Made by a program: the position numbers and the translations under genes | The notes under the pieces: model-generated | Seen by the model: the letters and a program-made list of their open reading frames with translations, nothing else | What the model was told of the DNA's origin: nothing | Databases searched by the model: none | Origin: Escherichia phage vB_EcoM_Maryam | Reading direction: 5' to 3' (one strand) | DNA length: 64,000 bases | Sequence record: PQ799574.1 | Part shown: positions 1 to 8,709 of the stretch, one piece after another | How the letters are laid out: each line of letters starts with the position of its first letter | Position numbering within the stretch: the first letter of the stretch is position 1

Positions 1-1
1 A

Positions 2-73
2 TTGCCTGACTCTACTGAGTTCTTTAAAGAACTTGTGAGTGTTCAACCAATGCCTAATAATATTTTGGATTAA
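2..73 (+). CDS. 3' end of an upstream ORF (partial at window edge)
   Basis: Open frame from window start to TAA at 71-73; no start codon inside window. Confidence 0.25.
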   Translation: MPDSTEFFKELVSVQPMPNNILD

Positions 74-75
74 AA

Positions 76-318
76 ATGACCAAGCGTAAAGAATATATGG
101 AGGCTGCTGAAAAGGCAGTCCGTGAATTAGCAATAGCTTATTATAATGAACATGGTAAATTTCCTGATAGATACAGCGTGCTTAAATCTGCTTTAACTCG
201 TTCATATAAAAATATGCTATCAGAAGTAAGTGATATTATATACAAACATAAAGAACAAACGGGCCAAAGTCTTGATTACGACGAGACTTTTAAACAAGTA
301 CTAGGAATTAAGGAATAA
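76..318 (+). CDS. hypothetical early protein upstream of nrdC
   Basis: ORF track 80 aa; packed in same-strand early gene array. Confidence 0.5.
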   Translation: MTKRKEYMEAAEKAVRELAIAYYNEHGKFPDRYSVLKSALTRSYKNMLSEVSDIIYKHKEQTGQSLDYDETFKQVLGIKE

Positions 319-319
319 T

Positions 320-583
320 ATGTTTAAAGTATATGGTTATGATAGCAACATTCATAAATGTGTGTATTGCGATAATGCAAAACGTCTTTTGACCGTGAAG
401 AAACAGCCGTTTGAATTTATCAACATTATGCCGGAAAAAGGTGTTTTTGATGATGAGAAAATCGCTGAGCTTCTGACTAAACTAGGTCGTGATACTCAAA
501 TCGGCTTGACAATGCCTCAGGTATTTGCTCCTGATGGAAGTCATATTGGTGGATTTGACCAACTGCGAGAATATTTTAAATGA
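320..583 (+). CDS. nrdC: phage thioredoxin/glutaredoxin NrdC
   Basis: 87 aa, sequence MFKVYGYDSNIHKCVYCDNAKRLL with CVYC redox motif; recalled T4 NrdC. Confidence 0.9.
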   Translation: MFKVYGYDSNIHKCVYCDNAKRLLTVKKQPFEFINIMPEKGVFDDEKIAELLTKLGRDTQIGLTMPQVFAPDGSHIGGFDQLREYFK

Positions 584-795
584 TGCTCGAAGGAACTGAC
601 TATATTCATGATTACCGCGGAAGCGCGGTATATGTAGGTGATGAAGTTGCAGTTTATTATGGGTATGGAACTTTGATGACAGCCAAGGTTATTCAAATTA
701 AAAATAATCGTGCTAAACTTGAAGTTTATTATTCTAATGGTGAAAAGTCTATTTCTAAGTGGAAATACGGTGATTGCATGGTCAAACTGGGGTAA
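580..795 (+). CDS. hypothetical protein
   Basis: ORF track 71 aa; stop/start overlap with nrdC. Confidence 0.5.
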   Translation: MMLEGTDYIHDYRGSAVYVGDEVAVYYGYGTLMTAKVIQIKNNRAKLEVYYSNGEKSISKWKYGDCMVKLG

Positions 796-797
796 AT

Positions 798-968
798 ATG
801 ATTTACGATATTAATGTAGCAAGAGCTCCGTCAATGGTTACTATTCCTGCTGAAGAACTAGATCGTCTTCATAAAATTGAAGAACTTCTTTGGGAAATTG
901 AATGTGACCTGCCATCAGGACTAGAATCCTGGATTGATTATGAAGAACTTAATAAGCTTCGGGGTTAA
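798..968 (+). CDS. hypothetical protein (start moved to first ATG after upstream stop)
   Basis: ORF track 774..968; ATG at 798 follows upstream stop. Confidence 0.4.
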   Translation: MIYDINVARAPSMVTIPAEELDRLHKIEELLWEIECDLPSGLESWIDYEELNKLRG

Positions 969-1072
969 ACCTTGGTGGGCGGCTAGATGGGAAACTGTAG
1001 AGCCAGAGCCGGAAGAACCGGTTTACACTGATGAAGAAACAGTATATAATGAACCAACGATAAATGACTTAA

Positions 1073-1576
1073 TTGATATGGAGATGGGACATGATTACAG
1101 TAGATAAGTGGTTTAGAATTAATCGTGCTGATACAGGGCTGTGTAATTACTGGCCGGAACTTAGTGCAGGTACTGTCTTTAAAGTTCGTGAACTTGCAAA
1201 AGAATGTGAAGATGATATAGAGCCTGATACTGGAATTATTGAAATTGAACTTTCCGACGGAAAGATTATTAATATCTATGATAAGCCAATTACGTATTGG
1301 TGCTTATGGAATACTGAATCAGTAGAAAATGGTGAAATCGAGGAAGTTGTAGAGCGAACTAATCAAGTTGTTCAGAAGCCTAAAGCTGATTTTCAAGGTG
1401 AACGTATTTCATACGCATTAGCTAAATTAGCTGCGCAAGAAAATAACGATGGCTATGAAGGTAACCTGATGCAAGCTGCGGCAGAATATATTGAATGGCT
1501 TGAAACCCAAATTTCTTTTTCTGACCAAAAGATTCGGCAATATAAGCGATTGAATCAAATGTTTTACAATACTTGA
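1073..1576 (+). CDS. hypothetical protein between nrdC and gene 49
   Basis: ORF track 167 aa; start uncertain (several in-frame ATG). Confidence 0.5.
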   Translation: MIWRWDMITVDKWFRINRADTGLCNYWPELSAGTVFKVRELAKECEDDIEPDTGIIEIELSDGKIINIYDKPITYWCLWNTESVENGEIEEVVERTNQVVQKPKADFQGERISYALAKLAAQENNDGYEGNLMQAAAEYIEWLETQISFSDQKIRQYKRLNQMFYNT

Positions 1577-1587
1577 AAATAATAAAT

Positions 1588-1618
1588 ACCCTTATCTATT
1601 TAAGGTAAGGGTTTTATT
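1588..1618 (+). terminator. stem-loop (ACCCTTA / TAAGGGT, 7 bp) followed by TTTATT, directly before gene 49 ATG
   Basis: Inverted repeat 1588-1594 / 1606-1612 read from sequence; could act as terminator and/or translational control hairpin for gene 49. Confidence 0.45.
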
Positions 1619-2092
1619 ATGTTATTGACTGGCAAATTATATAAAGAAGAAAAACAGAAATTTTATGATGCACAAAATGGTAAATGCTTAATTTGCCAAC
1701 GAGAACTAAATCCTGACGTTCAAGCTAATCACCTCGACCATGACCATGAATTAAATGGACCAAAAGCAGGAAAGGTGCGTGGATTGCTTTGTAATCTCTG
1801 CAATGCCGCAGAAGGTCAAATGAAGCATAAATTTAATCGTTCTGGCTTAAAGGGACAAGGTGTTGATTATCTTGAATGGTTAGAAAATTTACTTACTTAT
1901 TTAAAATCCGATTACACCCAAAATAATATTCACCCTAACTTCGTTGGAGATAAATCAAAGGAATTTTCTCGTTTAGGAAAAGAGGAAATGATGGCTGAGA
2001 TGCTTCAAAGAGGATTTGAATATAATGAATCTGACACTAAAACACAATTAATAGCTTCATTTAAGAAGCAGCTTAGAAAGAGTTTAAAATGA
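1619..2092 (+). CDS. 49: endonuclease VII (Holliday junction resolvase)
   Basis: 157 aa, MLLTGKLYKEEKQKFYDAQNGKCLICQ... matches recalled T4 gp49; zinc-binding Cys cluster. Confidence 0.95.
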   Translation: MLLTGKLYKEEKQKFYDAQNGKCLICQRELNPDVQANHLDHDHELNGPKAGKVRGLLCNLCNAAEGQMKHKFNRSGLKGQGVDYLEWLENLLTYLKSDYTQNNIHPNFVGDKSKEFSRLGKEEMMAEMLQRGFEYNESDTKTQLIASFKKQLRKSLK

Positions 2093-3906
2093 CAATTGAA
2101 AAAGAAATTGAAGGATTGATTCATAAAACTAATAAAGACCTTTTAAACGAGAATGCTAATAAAGATTCTCGTGTTTTTCCAACTCAACGGGACCTTATGG
2201 CTGGTATTGTGTCTAAACACATTGCCAAAAATATGGTCCCGTCTTTTATTATGAAAGCGCATGAAAGCGGAATTATTCATTTCCATGATATTGATTATTC
2301 CCCTGCTCTTCCATTTACTAATTGTTGTTTAGTAGATTTAAAAGGAATGCTTGAAAACGGATTTAAGCTAGGTAATGCGCAGATTGAAACTCCTAAATCA
2401 ATTGGCGTTGCTACTGCAATTATGGCACAAATTACTGCGCAAGTTGCTTCCCATCAATATGGCGGAACGACTTTTGCGAATGTAGATAAAGTACTTTCTC
2501 CTTATGTTAAACGCACCTATGCAAAACATATTGAGGATGCAGAAAAATGGCAAATCGCTGATGCGTTGAATTATGCCCAGTCTAAAACAGAAAAAGACGT
2601 ATACGATGCATTCCAAGCTTATGAATATGAAGTAAATACTCTTTTTAGTTCAAACGGACAAACTCCTTTTGTAACAATTACATTTGGTACGGGAACTGAC
2701 TGGACTGAACGAATGATTCAGAAAGCAATTCTGAAAAATCGTATTAAAGGTCTCGGTCGTGATGGGATAACTCCTATTTTCCCTAAGCTTGTTATGTTCG
2801 TCGAAGAAGGTGTTAATCTTTATAAAGACGATCCGAACTATGATATTAAACAGCTTGCTCTAGAGTGCGCAAGCAAAAGAATGTATCCTGACATCATTTC
2901 GGCTAAGAACAATAAAGCTATTACTGGTTCATCTGTTCCTGTTTCTCCAATGGGTTGCCGTAGTTTCTTGAGCGTATGGAAAGATTCGACTGGTAATGAA
3001 ATTCTTGATGGACGTAATAATCTTGGTGTTGTAACACTGAATCTTCCTCGTATCGCATTAGATTCTTATATTGGAACACAGTTCAATGAACAGAAATTTA
3101 TCGAATTGTTCAATGAGCGAATGGATTTGTGTTTTGAAGCTTTGATGTGTAGAATTAGTTCCTTAAAAGGAGTTAAAGCAACTGTTGCTCCTATTCTTTA
3201 CCAAGAAGGTGCATTCGGGGTTCGTCTTAAACCTGATGACGACATAATTGAGTTATTTAAAAACGGTAGAAGTTCAGTGTCTTTAGGATACATTGGTATT
3301 CACGAATTGAATATTCTTGTCGGTCGTGATATTGGACAAGAAATTTTAACTAAAATGAATGCTCATCTTAAACAGTGGACTGAAAGAACCGGATTTGCTT
3401 TTAGTTTATATTCGACTCCTGCTGAAAACCTTTGTTATCGCTTCTGTAAACTCGATACAGAAAAATATGGAAGCGTAAAAGATGTTACAGATAAAGGCTG
3501 GTACACTAACAGTTTCCATGTTTCAGTAGAAGAAAATATTACTCCGTTTGAAAAGATTTCTCGTGAAGCGCCATATCATTTCATTGCGACAGGTGGTCAC
3601 ATTTCTTATGTTGAACTTCCTGATATGAAAAATAACTTAAAGGGTCTTGAGGCCGTATGGGATTATGCTGCACAACATTTAGATTATTTTGGTGTTAACA
3701 TGCCGGTAGATAAATGTTTTACGTGTGGAAGTACCCATGAAATGACTCCTACTGAAAACGGATTTGTTTGTTCTATCTGTGGAGAAACTGATCCTAAAAA
3801 GATGAACACAATAAGAAGAACATGTGGTTATTTGGGAAATCCGAACGAACGCGGATTTAATCTCGGTAAAAATAAAGAAATCATGCATAGGGTTAAACAC
3901 CAATGA
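2089..3906 (+). CDS. nrdD: anaerobic ribonucleotide reductase large subunit NrdD (intron-less)
   Basis: 605 aa continuous ORF; glycyl-radical C-terminal region (RRTCGYLG) and Cys cluster; ATGA overlap with gene 49. Confidence 0.95.
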   Translation: MTIEKEIEGLIHKTNKDLLNENANKDSRVFPTQRDLMAGIVSKHIAKNMVPSFIMKAHESGIIHFHDIDYSPALPFTNCCLVDLKGMLENGFKLGNAQIETPKSIGVATAIMAQITAQVASHQYGGTTFANVDKVLSPYVKRTYAKHIEDAEKWQIADALNYAQSKTEKDVYDAFQAYEYEVNTLFSSNGQTPFVTITFGTGTDWTERMIQKAILKNRIKGLGRDGITPIFPKLVMFVEEGVNLYKDDPNYDIKQLALECASKRMYPDIISAKNNKAITGSSVPVSPMGCRSFLSVWKDSTGNEILDGRNNLGVVTLNLPRIALDSYIGTQFNEQKFIELFNERMDLCFEALMCRISSLKGVKATVAPILYQEGAFGVRLKPDDDIIELFKNGRSSVSLGYIGIHELNILVGRDIGQEILTKMNAHLKQWTERTGFAFSLYSTPAENLCYRFCKLDTEKYGSVKDVTDKGWYTNSFHVSVEENITPFEKISREAPYHFIATGGHISYVELPDMKNNLKGLEAVWDYAAQHLDYFGVNMPVDKCFTCGSTHEMTPTENGFVCSICGETDPKKMNTIRRTCGYLGNPNERGFNLGKNKEIMHRVKHQ

Positions 3907-4373
3907 ATTACGATAGATTTTATCCATGTGATTTTGTGAATGGCCCTGGATGCAGGGTCGTTCTTTTCGTTACAGGTTGTTTGCATAAATGCGAAGGGTG
4001 TTATAATAAATCAACATGGAATGCTAGAAATGGTATTCCATTCACTGGTGAAACACTAGAACAATTGATTGAATGTTTGAATAATGATTATATAGAAGGA
4101 TTGACTATAACCGGAGGTGACCCTCTCTATCCTGATAATCGAGATGTTATTCATTGCATTGTTCAAACAGTAAAAAATCTTTATCCCAATAAAAGCATTT
4201 GGTTGTGGACAGGATATAAATTTGAAGATATTAAACAACTAGAAATGCTTAAATATGTTGATGTTATTATTGATGGGAAGTATGAGAAAAATCTTCCGAC
4301 TAAAAAGCTATGGCGAGGATCAGATAATCAGCGGCTTTGGTCAAATACCGATGGGGTGTGGAAACATGATTAA
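3903..4373 (+). CDS. nrdG: anaerobic RNR activating protein NrdG (radical SAM)
   Basis: 156 aa; CxxxCxxC motif (CLHKCEGC); ATGA overlap with nrdD. Confidence 0.9.
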   Translation: MNYDRFYPCDFVNGPGCRVVLFVTGCLHKCEGCYNKSTWNARNGIPFTGETLEQLIECLNNDYIEGLTITGGDPLYPDNRDVIHCIVQTVKNLYPNKSIWLWTGYKFEDIKQLEMLKYVDVIIDGKYEKNLPTKKLWRGSDNQRLWSNTDGVWKHD

Positions 4374-4479
4374 ATTGAATTATATTATGGATACTATAAA
4401 TGATATGATTTTTCATTTTGGTCCAGAATTTTATTCGCAATATAGTTTAGTGCTTATCAATGCTTGGTTAATCAATTAA
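4366..4479 (+). CDS. small hypothetical ORF (37 aa)
   Basis: ATG at 4366 overlapping nrdG stop; ORF track gives longer out-of-frame overlap 4255..4479. Confidence 0.3.
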   Translation: MIKLNYIMDTINDMIFHFGPEFYSQYSLVLINAWLIN

Positions 4480-4488
4480 GGGTAAAAT

Positions 4489-4704
4489 ATGTATAAATTT
4501 CGTAAAGGTTTAGCTGATTTTCTTACAACTGTAACATTCTTTCTGTTTATGGCAGTTGGAGCTATTTTTCTTATTCCTTTTATTGTTGTATTTTTCGTTA
4601 TTAGTTTAATTTCTCCAGAAAAGGGCTTATCTTCTAGTGAGTTCAATGAGCGTCTGGATAAAATTACTAACAAGCTGAATGCTGTTCTTGATAAAAAGGC
4701 TTAA
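4489..4704 (+). CDS. small membrane protein
   Basis: 71 aa with long hydrophobic stretch FFLFMAVGAIFLIPFIVVFFVISLI. Confidence 0.5.
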   Translation: MYKFRKGLADFLTTVTFFLFMAVGAIFLIPFIVVFFVISLISPEKGLSSSEFNERLDKITNKLNAVLDKKA

Positions 4705-4706
4705 TT

Positions 4707-5018
4707 ATGATTAGTTTTGAGCGGTATGTAGTAGAGAGTTGGAATGGTTTTGATATGTTCGGTAATGACTATTATTTCTATGAATGTAGTCTGAACCCAA
4801 GCTTCTGGGCTGGACGTGAACAAGACCTCGAAGAAATCAACGCTCGTGCCGATTTGTTAGGTGAACTGCCTACTACTTATTTCACCTTTGATGAATCCGG
4901 CTTCGTTATCCAGGTTTATTTCCCTGAAGAAAATTCTGGTGATGATTCTGTTAATCCTCCTTATTGGGCTTACCAAGGAATTATTTCTCGTGGAACAAAA
5001 CTCGAACTTAAAGAATAA
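4707..5018 (+). CDS. hypothetical protein
   Basis: ORF track 103 aa. Confidence 0.5.
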   Translation: MISFERYVVESWNGFDMFGNDYYFYECSLNPSFWAGREQDLEEINARADLLGELPTTYFTFDESGFVIQVYFPEENSGDDSVNPPYWAYQGIISRGTKLELKE

Positions 5019-5313
5019 GATTGAAGTCTATGGAATTCCAGATGAAGTAGGTCGTTGTCCTGGATGTCAATCAGTTACAAAACTTCTAAAGGAGCTCAAT
5101 GCTCCTTTTACTTTCTATAAAGTTCTTACAAATAACGGTAAGATTGAGTATGATCGTCCACTGATTGTATCTCTTGCTAAACGCGCTGGATTCACATCTC
5201 TTAACATTCGTTATCCAGTCATTTTCATTAATGATTCTAGACAAAAGAACATTAAACACTTCAAAGAAACTCTCATTTCACTTGGATATGATAGAGATAT
5301 CATAGAAGATTAA
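4988..5313 (+). CDS. glutaredoxin/thioredoxin-like protein (NrdH-like, CPGC motif); start codon uncertain
   Basis: Frame of ORF 4861..5313 contains KIEVYGIPDEVGRCPGCQ; no ATG after upstream stop, GTG at 4988 or other non-AUG start possible. Confidence 0.45.
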
Positions 5314-5316
5314 GAC

Positions 5317-5338
5317 GGGCCCTTTGGGCCTTTCTTTC
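5317..5338 (+). terminator. GC hairpin (GGCCC ttt GGGCC) plus T-rich tail
   Basis: Inverted repeat read from sequence, directly after ORF ending 5313. Confidence 0.5.
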
Positions 5339-5411
5339 TCACATTCTGTATATTACCATTCTAAGCTATCGTTCCCTTCTTATCATTCCCTAAAATAATT
5401 TTCACAAAGTT

Positions 5412-5441
5412 GTTTACAACGAGCTCAAACTGTGGTATTAT
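5412..5441 (+). promoter_or_regulatory. T4-type early promoter (GTTTAC ... TATTAT)
   Basis: -35-like GTTTAC 5412-5417 and -10-like TATTAT 5436-5441, upstream of ORF at 5472. Confidence 0.45.
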
Positions 5442-5471
5442 TAACACATGAATTGCCTTTGAGGAATTGAT

Positions 5472-5648
5472 ATGGTTGATAAAGAGATTAAAATTGACCA
5501 GTATTATCGTGTTAACGGACATATCGTTATTGTTACAGCAGTCGATGATCTAGATGTTCATTATACTGTGATTAAATGGAACAAACGTATGATTTGTGAT
5601 CGTGCTGTATTTAGTTCAGTTGCTAAGGAAATTAAACTCCATGGGTAA
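5472..5648 (+). CDS. small hypothetical protein (58 aa)
   Basis: ATG 5472 preceded by GAGGA; not in ORF track (<60 aa). Confidence 0.4.
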   Translation: MVDKEIKIDQYYRVNGHIVIVTAVDDLDVHYTVIKWNKRMICDRAVFSSVAKEIKLHG

Positions 5649-5934
5649 AACGTATCGTCGTAAAGACTTAAAAGTGCGTGATTATGACTATTTCGGAAAG
5701 CGTAAAGCTCCTGATGGGGTAAGTCATAAAGATATGGTTGAAAACATTTTTCGCTCAGATAAATGGCGTAGAATGAAAGGCATTGATTCAGAAGTTAAAG
5801 ATGAGCTAAATCGCCAATTACGCGGTGAAGTAAGAAAGTTGAAAAAATCAGTTTACATTGATGATGATTTTGATTATAATACTTCTCAACGAGTTGCTAA
5901 ACGTAAATCAAACGAGTGTTATCGTTACAGCTGA
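5641..5934 (+). CDS. hypothetical basic protein
   Basis: ORF track 5596..5934; start moved to ATG 5641 which overlaps upstream stop. Confidence 0.5.
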   Translation: MGKTYRRKDLKVRDYDYFGKRKAPDGVSHKDMVENIFRSDKWRRMKGIDSEVKDELNRQLRGEVRKLKKSVYIDDDFDYNTSQRVAKRKSNECYRYS

Positions 5935-5941
5935 GGAAAAT

Positions 5942-6073
5942 ATGAATATCAAACGAATGCTTTTTAAGCAGGGGTTATACACTTTAAATGTTACTCCAAA
6001 AGGTGATACAACTAAGTGGTCAGTAAATGACTGGATTAAATTTATTGATGAAAATGGTAATTGGGAAATTTAA
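5942..6073 (+). CDS. small hypothetical ORF
   Basis: ATG 5942 with GAGGA upstream; in frame with ORF track 5858..6073. Confidence 0.35.
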   Translation: MNIKRMLFKQGLYTLNVTPKGDTTKWSVNDWIKFIDENGNWEI

Positions 6074-6274
6074 ATGAATCCTGAATCTAAATTATCGCAG
6101 CGAATTGCCGAAGCTCGTCGTCAGTTCTTTGAAAATATGATAGCACAAGGTATTGATGACGAAGTTTTTCTAAACTGGTTTTGGAATCACAAATATTCAA
6201 GTTGCTCAGGAGCAATATTAATATCAGCCGCAATGATGTATGAAGGCTGGAAGGGTGCCAAACGGTTTAGCTAA
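6074..6274 (+). CDS. hypothetical protein
   Basis: ORF track 66 aa. Confidence 0.5.
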   Translation: MNPESKLSQRIAEARRQFFENMIAQGIDDEVFLNWFWNHKYSSCSGAILISAAMMYEGWKGAKRFS

Positions 6275-6291
6275 GGGCTTCGGCCCTTTTT
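6274..6291 (+). terminator. GGGC-TTCG-GCCC hairpin plus T-run
   Basis: Tetraloop hairpin followed by TTTTT. Confidence 0.55.
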
Positions 6292-6326
6292 GGATAATAA
6301 AATTTTAATGCAATTGAGGATAATGT

Positions 6327-6653
6327 ATGACTATTCAAATTAAAAACGCCATCAATTCTTACGCATATGATAAAGTAGTTTCTTTGTTAGAAAAAGGCGA
6401 TATTGTAACTCCTCAAATTTTGGATAAATGGGAAAAAGAGCTTCATCAAATGATGAAACAGAATGATCAGAAGATTGGACGCAATACTGTCCGTGAATTG
6501 TTGGTTCAATATATCTTGTCAGAATTTGATGTTAAAGCTTTTGGTGTAGAATCTAAAGCTTATCAAAAGCATGAAATTTCCGATAAAACTATTCGTCGCA
6601 TGAAAAATCAACGCAAGAAAAAATTTGCAGACCTGAAAATTACTAAGGTATAA
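6327..6653 (+). CDS. hypothetical protein
   Basis: ORF track 108 aa. Confidence 0.5.
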   Translation: MTIQIKNAINSYAYDKVVSLLEKGDIVTPQILDKWEKELHQMMKQNDQKIGRNTVRELLVQYILSEFDVKAFGVESKAYQKHEISDKTIRRMKNQRKKKFADLKITKV

Positions 6654-6655
6654 TT

Positions 6656-6871
6656 ATGAACGAAGCTCTTATTAACGATTTGCGTCTTGCCGGATATGAA
6701 GTAAATACAAACGGCAATGGTTTAACTCAAATTGAAGGAAATGGATTCATCCTTGAGTATGAATTTAGCCAATGGTGGTTATATGCCAATTACGGCGAAT
6801 TGATTGAATATGTTGACCAATTTGATTCACTAGATGCAGCTCTTGGAGCGGCTAAGTTGATGAATGTATGA
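6656..6871 (+). CDS. hypothetical protein
   Basis: ORF track 71 aa. Confidence 0.5.
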   Translation: MNEALINDLRLAGYEVNTNGNGLTQIEGNGFILEYEFSQWWLYANYGELIEYVDQFDSLDAALGAAKLMNV

Positions 6872-7137
6872 AATTTATTAATATTTCTATTACTATTGAA
6901 AATTATGGCATTTTCTATGTTGACCAATACATGAAAATTTCATTTTTCCCAAATAAGACTGGTGTTGGATATTGGGAAAGCCATGTTTCTGAATTAAATG
7001 AAAGTGAATATGTTAGTACACATGAAAAGTTTTTAGACTTTTTATATCATGCTGATCTAACTAGTCATTATATAGATATTCATGAATTTAAAAAGATGAT
7101 GGAGAAAGTATTCCAAGCATACTGTTTACTTAGATAA
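6868..7137 (+). CDS. hypothetical protein
   Basis: ORF track 89 aa. Confidence 0.5.
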   Translation: MKFINISITIENYGIFYVDQYMKISFFPNKTGVGYWESHVSELNESEYVSTHEKFLDFLYHADLTSHYIDIHEFKKMMEKVFQAYCLLR

Positions 7138-7150
7138 CTGATATCCTCTA

Positions 7151-7190
7151 TGCTTTAAGATAGATCTTCAAATATTATGATATAATAGAT
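7151..7190 (+). promoter_or_regulatory. possible middle-type promoter (MotA-box-like TGCTTTA plus TATTAT) upstream of gene 55
   Basis: TGCTTTA at 7151-7157 and TATTAT about 15 nt downstream. Confidence 0.3.
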
Positions 7191-7215
7191 CTATGAATTG
7201 AGCTAAGAGGTGAAA

Positions 7216-7773
7216 ATGTCAGAAACTAAGCCTAAATATAATTACGTAAACAATAAAGAGCTTTTACAAGCTATTATTGATTGGAAAACAGAATTAGCAA
7301 ATAATAAAGACCCAAATAAAGTAGTTCGTCAGAATGATACTATCGGATTAGCCATTATGCTTATTGCAGAAGGCTTATCTAAGCGTTTCAACTTTTCAGG
7401 ATACACCCAGTCTTGGAAACAAGAAATGATTGCAGATGGTATAGAAGCTTCTATTAAGGGGCTTCACAATTTTGATGAAACGAAATATAAAAACCCACAT
7501 GCATATATAACTCAAGCTTGTTTTAATGCATTCGTCCAGCGTATTAAAAAAGAACGTAAGGAAGTTGCAAAGAAATATAGTTACTTCGTTCACAATGTCT
7601 ATGACAGTCGTGACGACGATATGGTTGCGTTAGTAGATGAAACTTTTATTCAAGACATCTACGATAAAATGACGCATTACGAAGAATCAACCTATAGAAC
7701 ACCGGGGGCTGAAAAGAAAAGTGTTGTAGACGATTCTCCTAGTTTGGATTTTTTATATGAGGCTAACGATTAA
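7216..7773 (+). CDS. 55: late-transcription sigma factor gp55
   Basis: 185 aa from ATG 7216 ([23 protein letters not shown]...), recalled T4 gp55; ORF track starts 6 nt upstream at GTG. Confidence 0.9.
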
Positions 7774-7975
7774 CCTCTCCGGATTCTTGGAAGAAATACC
7801 TGAAGTTGAAGCTATTCCCTATTTACTTAAAATGTATCTCAGGGAAGTTTTAGCTCTTGACATTGATATTGATCCAGAAAATCCGTATGATACCGCTTTT
7901 AAATCTAATGGTGTAGAATTAAATTACAGGTATCATTTAACAGATGATGATTTTTATTTTATATTAGAGAAATAA
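7757..7975 (+). CDS. hypothetical protein
   Basis: ORF track 72 aa; start uncertain. Confidence 0.4.
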
Positions 7976-7976
7976 T

Positions 7977-8294
7977 ATGACTGATAAACCCGAAATTAAT
8001 GATGAAGTGGAAAAGCTTATTTCTTCTATTGAAGAAAAGAACCGTCTTGAAGCAGAAAGAAAAGCAAATAAGTTATTGTCTAAAAACAAACGCGAACTGA
8101 ATCGTCTTTATAAGCATGCTCAGATTGCGGCTGAAAATAATAATTTTGCTCAATACGAATATGCTATCAAGAAAAGTCGGGATATTCTAAAACAGCCATA
8201 TAACGATGAACTCATCAGTATTCTTTGGAAGACTACTAGATCGCAAATTGAGGATATGATTGATGCTTACACACGTAAAATTCAAGCGTCTTAA
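7977..8294 (+). CDS. hypothetical protein
   Basis: ORF track 105 aa. Confidence 0.5.
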   Translation: MTDKPEINDEVEKLISSIEEKNRLEAERKANKLLSKNKRELNRLYKHAQIAAENNNFAQYEYAIKKSRDILKQPYNDELISILWKTTRSQIEDMIDAYTRKIQAS

Positions 8295-8466
8295 AATTAA
8301 TGCAGGATTTACTGAATCTTTGAATGGTCATCTTTGTGTGAAAATTTCTGAAAAAGAATACCATGATAGTTCAATTAAAGAAGTTAATCCTCCTATTGTA
8401 AGAGCAGACCCTAATATGAAAGTGTGGGTTGATTCTTATCAAGTCAAAAAATGGTGGCAGTTATGA
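8260..8466 (+). CDS. hypothetical protein
   Basis: ORF track 68 aa. Confidence 0.45.
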   Translation: MMLTHVKFKRLKINAGFTESLNGHLCVKISEKEYHDSSIKEVNPPIVRADPNMKVWVDSYQVKKWWQL

Positions 8467-8709
8467 AAGATGAACATCCAGACTTCTGAAATAGATTATA
8501 ATAAAATTCGTTCCTCTAAAGAGGAAATGATGAGACTCTTTAAAGCGTCTCATGATAAAGCTAAAGCAGAAGGAACTATAAAATATAAGCGCATAAAATT
8601 TAAAAGTTCTAACGAGCCTCTGTATGGCGTATTATGTGGATAGGAGCTTCGGCTCCTATATTGCTTTATAAATTTTTGGTAAAATAAACCAAAACAAAGA
8701 GGATATTAA

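Noticed and set aside
2398-2616. Many antisense or out-of-frame ORFs in the track inside large conserved genes (e.g. 2398..2616, 11815..12198, 15336..15527, 23487..23777, 52374..52790, 57011..57202, 58103..58288, 63716..63928)
   Set aside because: They lie entirely within, and antisense or out of frame to, well-supported genes (nrdD, 46, 52, 39, 37, 34, 32); AT-rich shadow ORFs.
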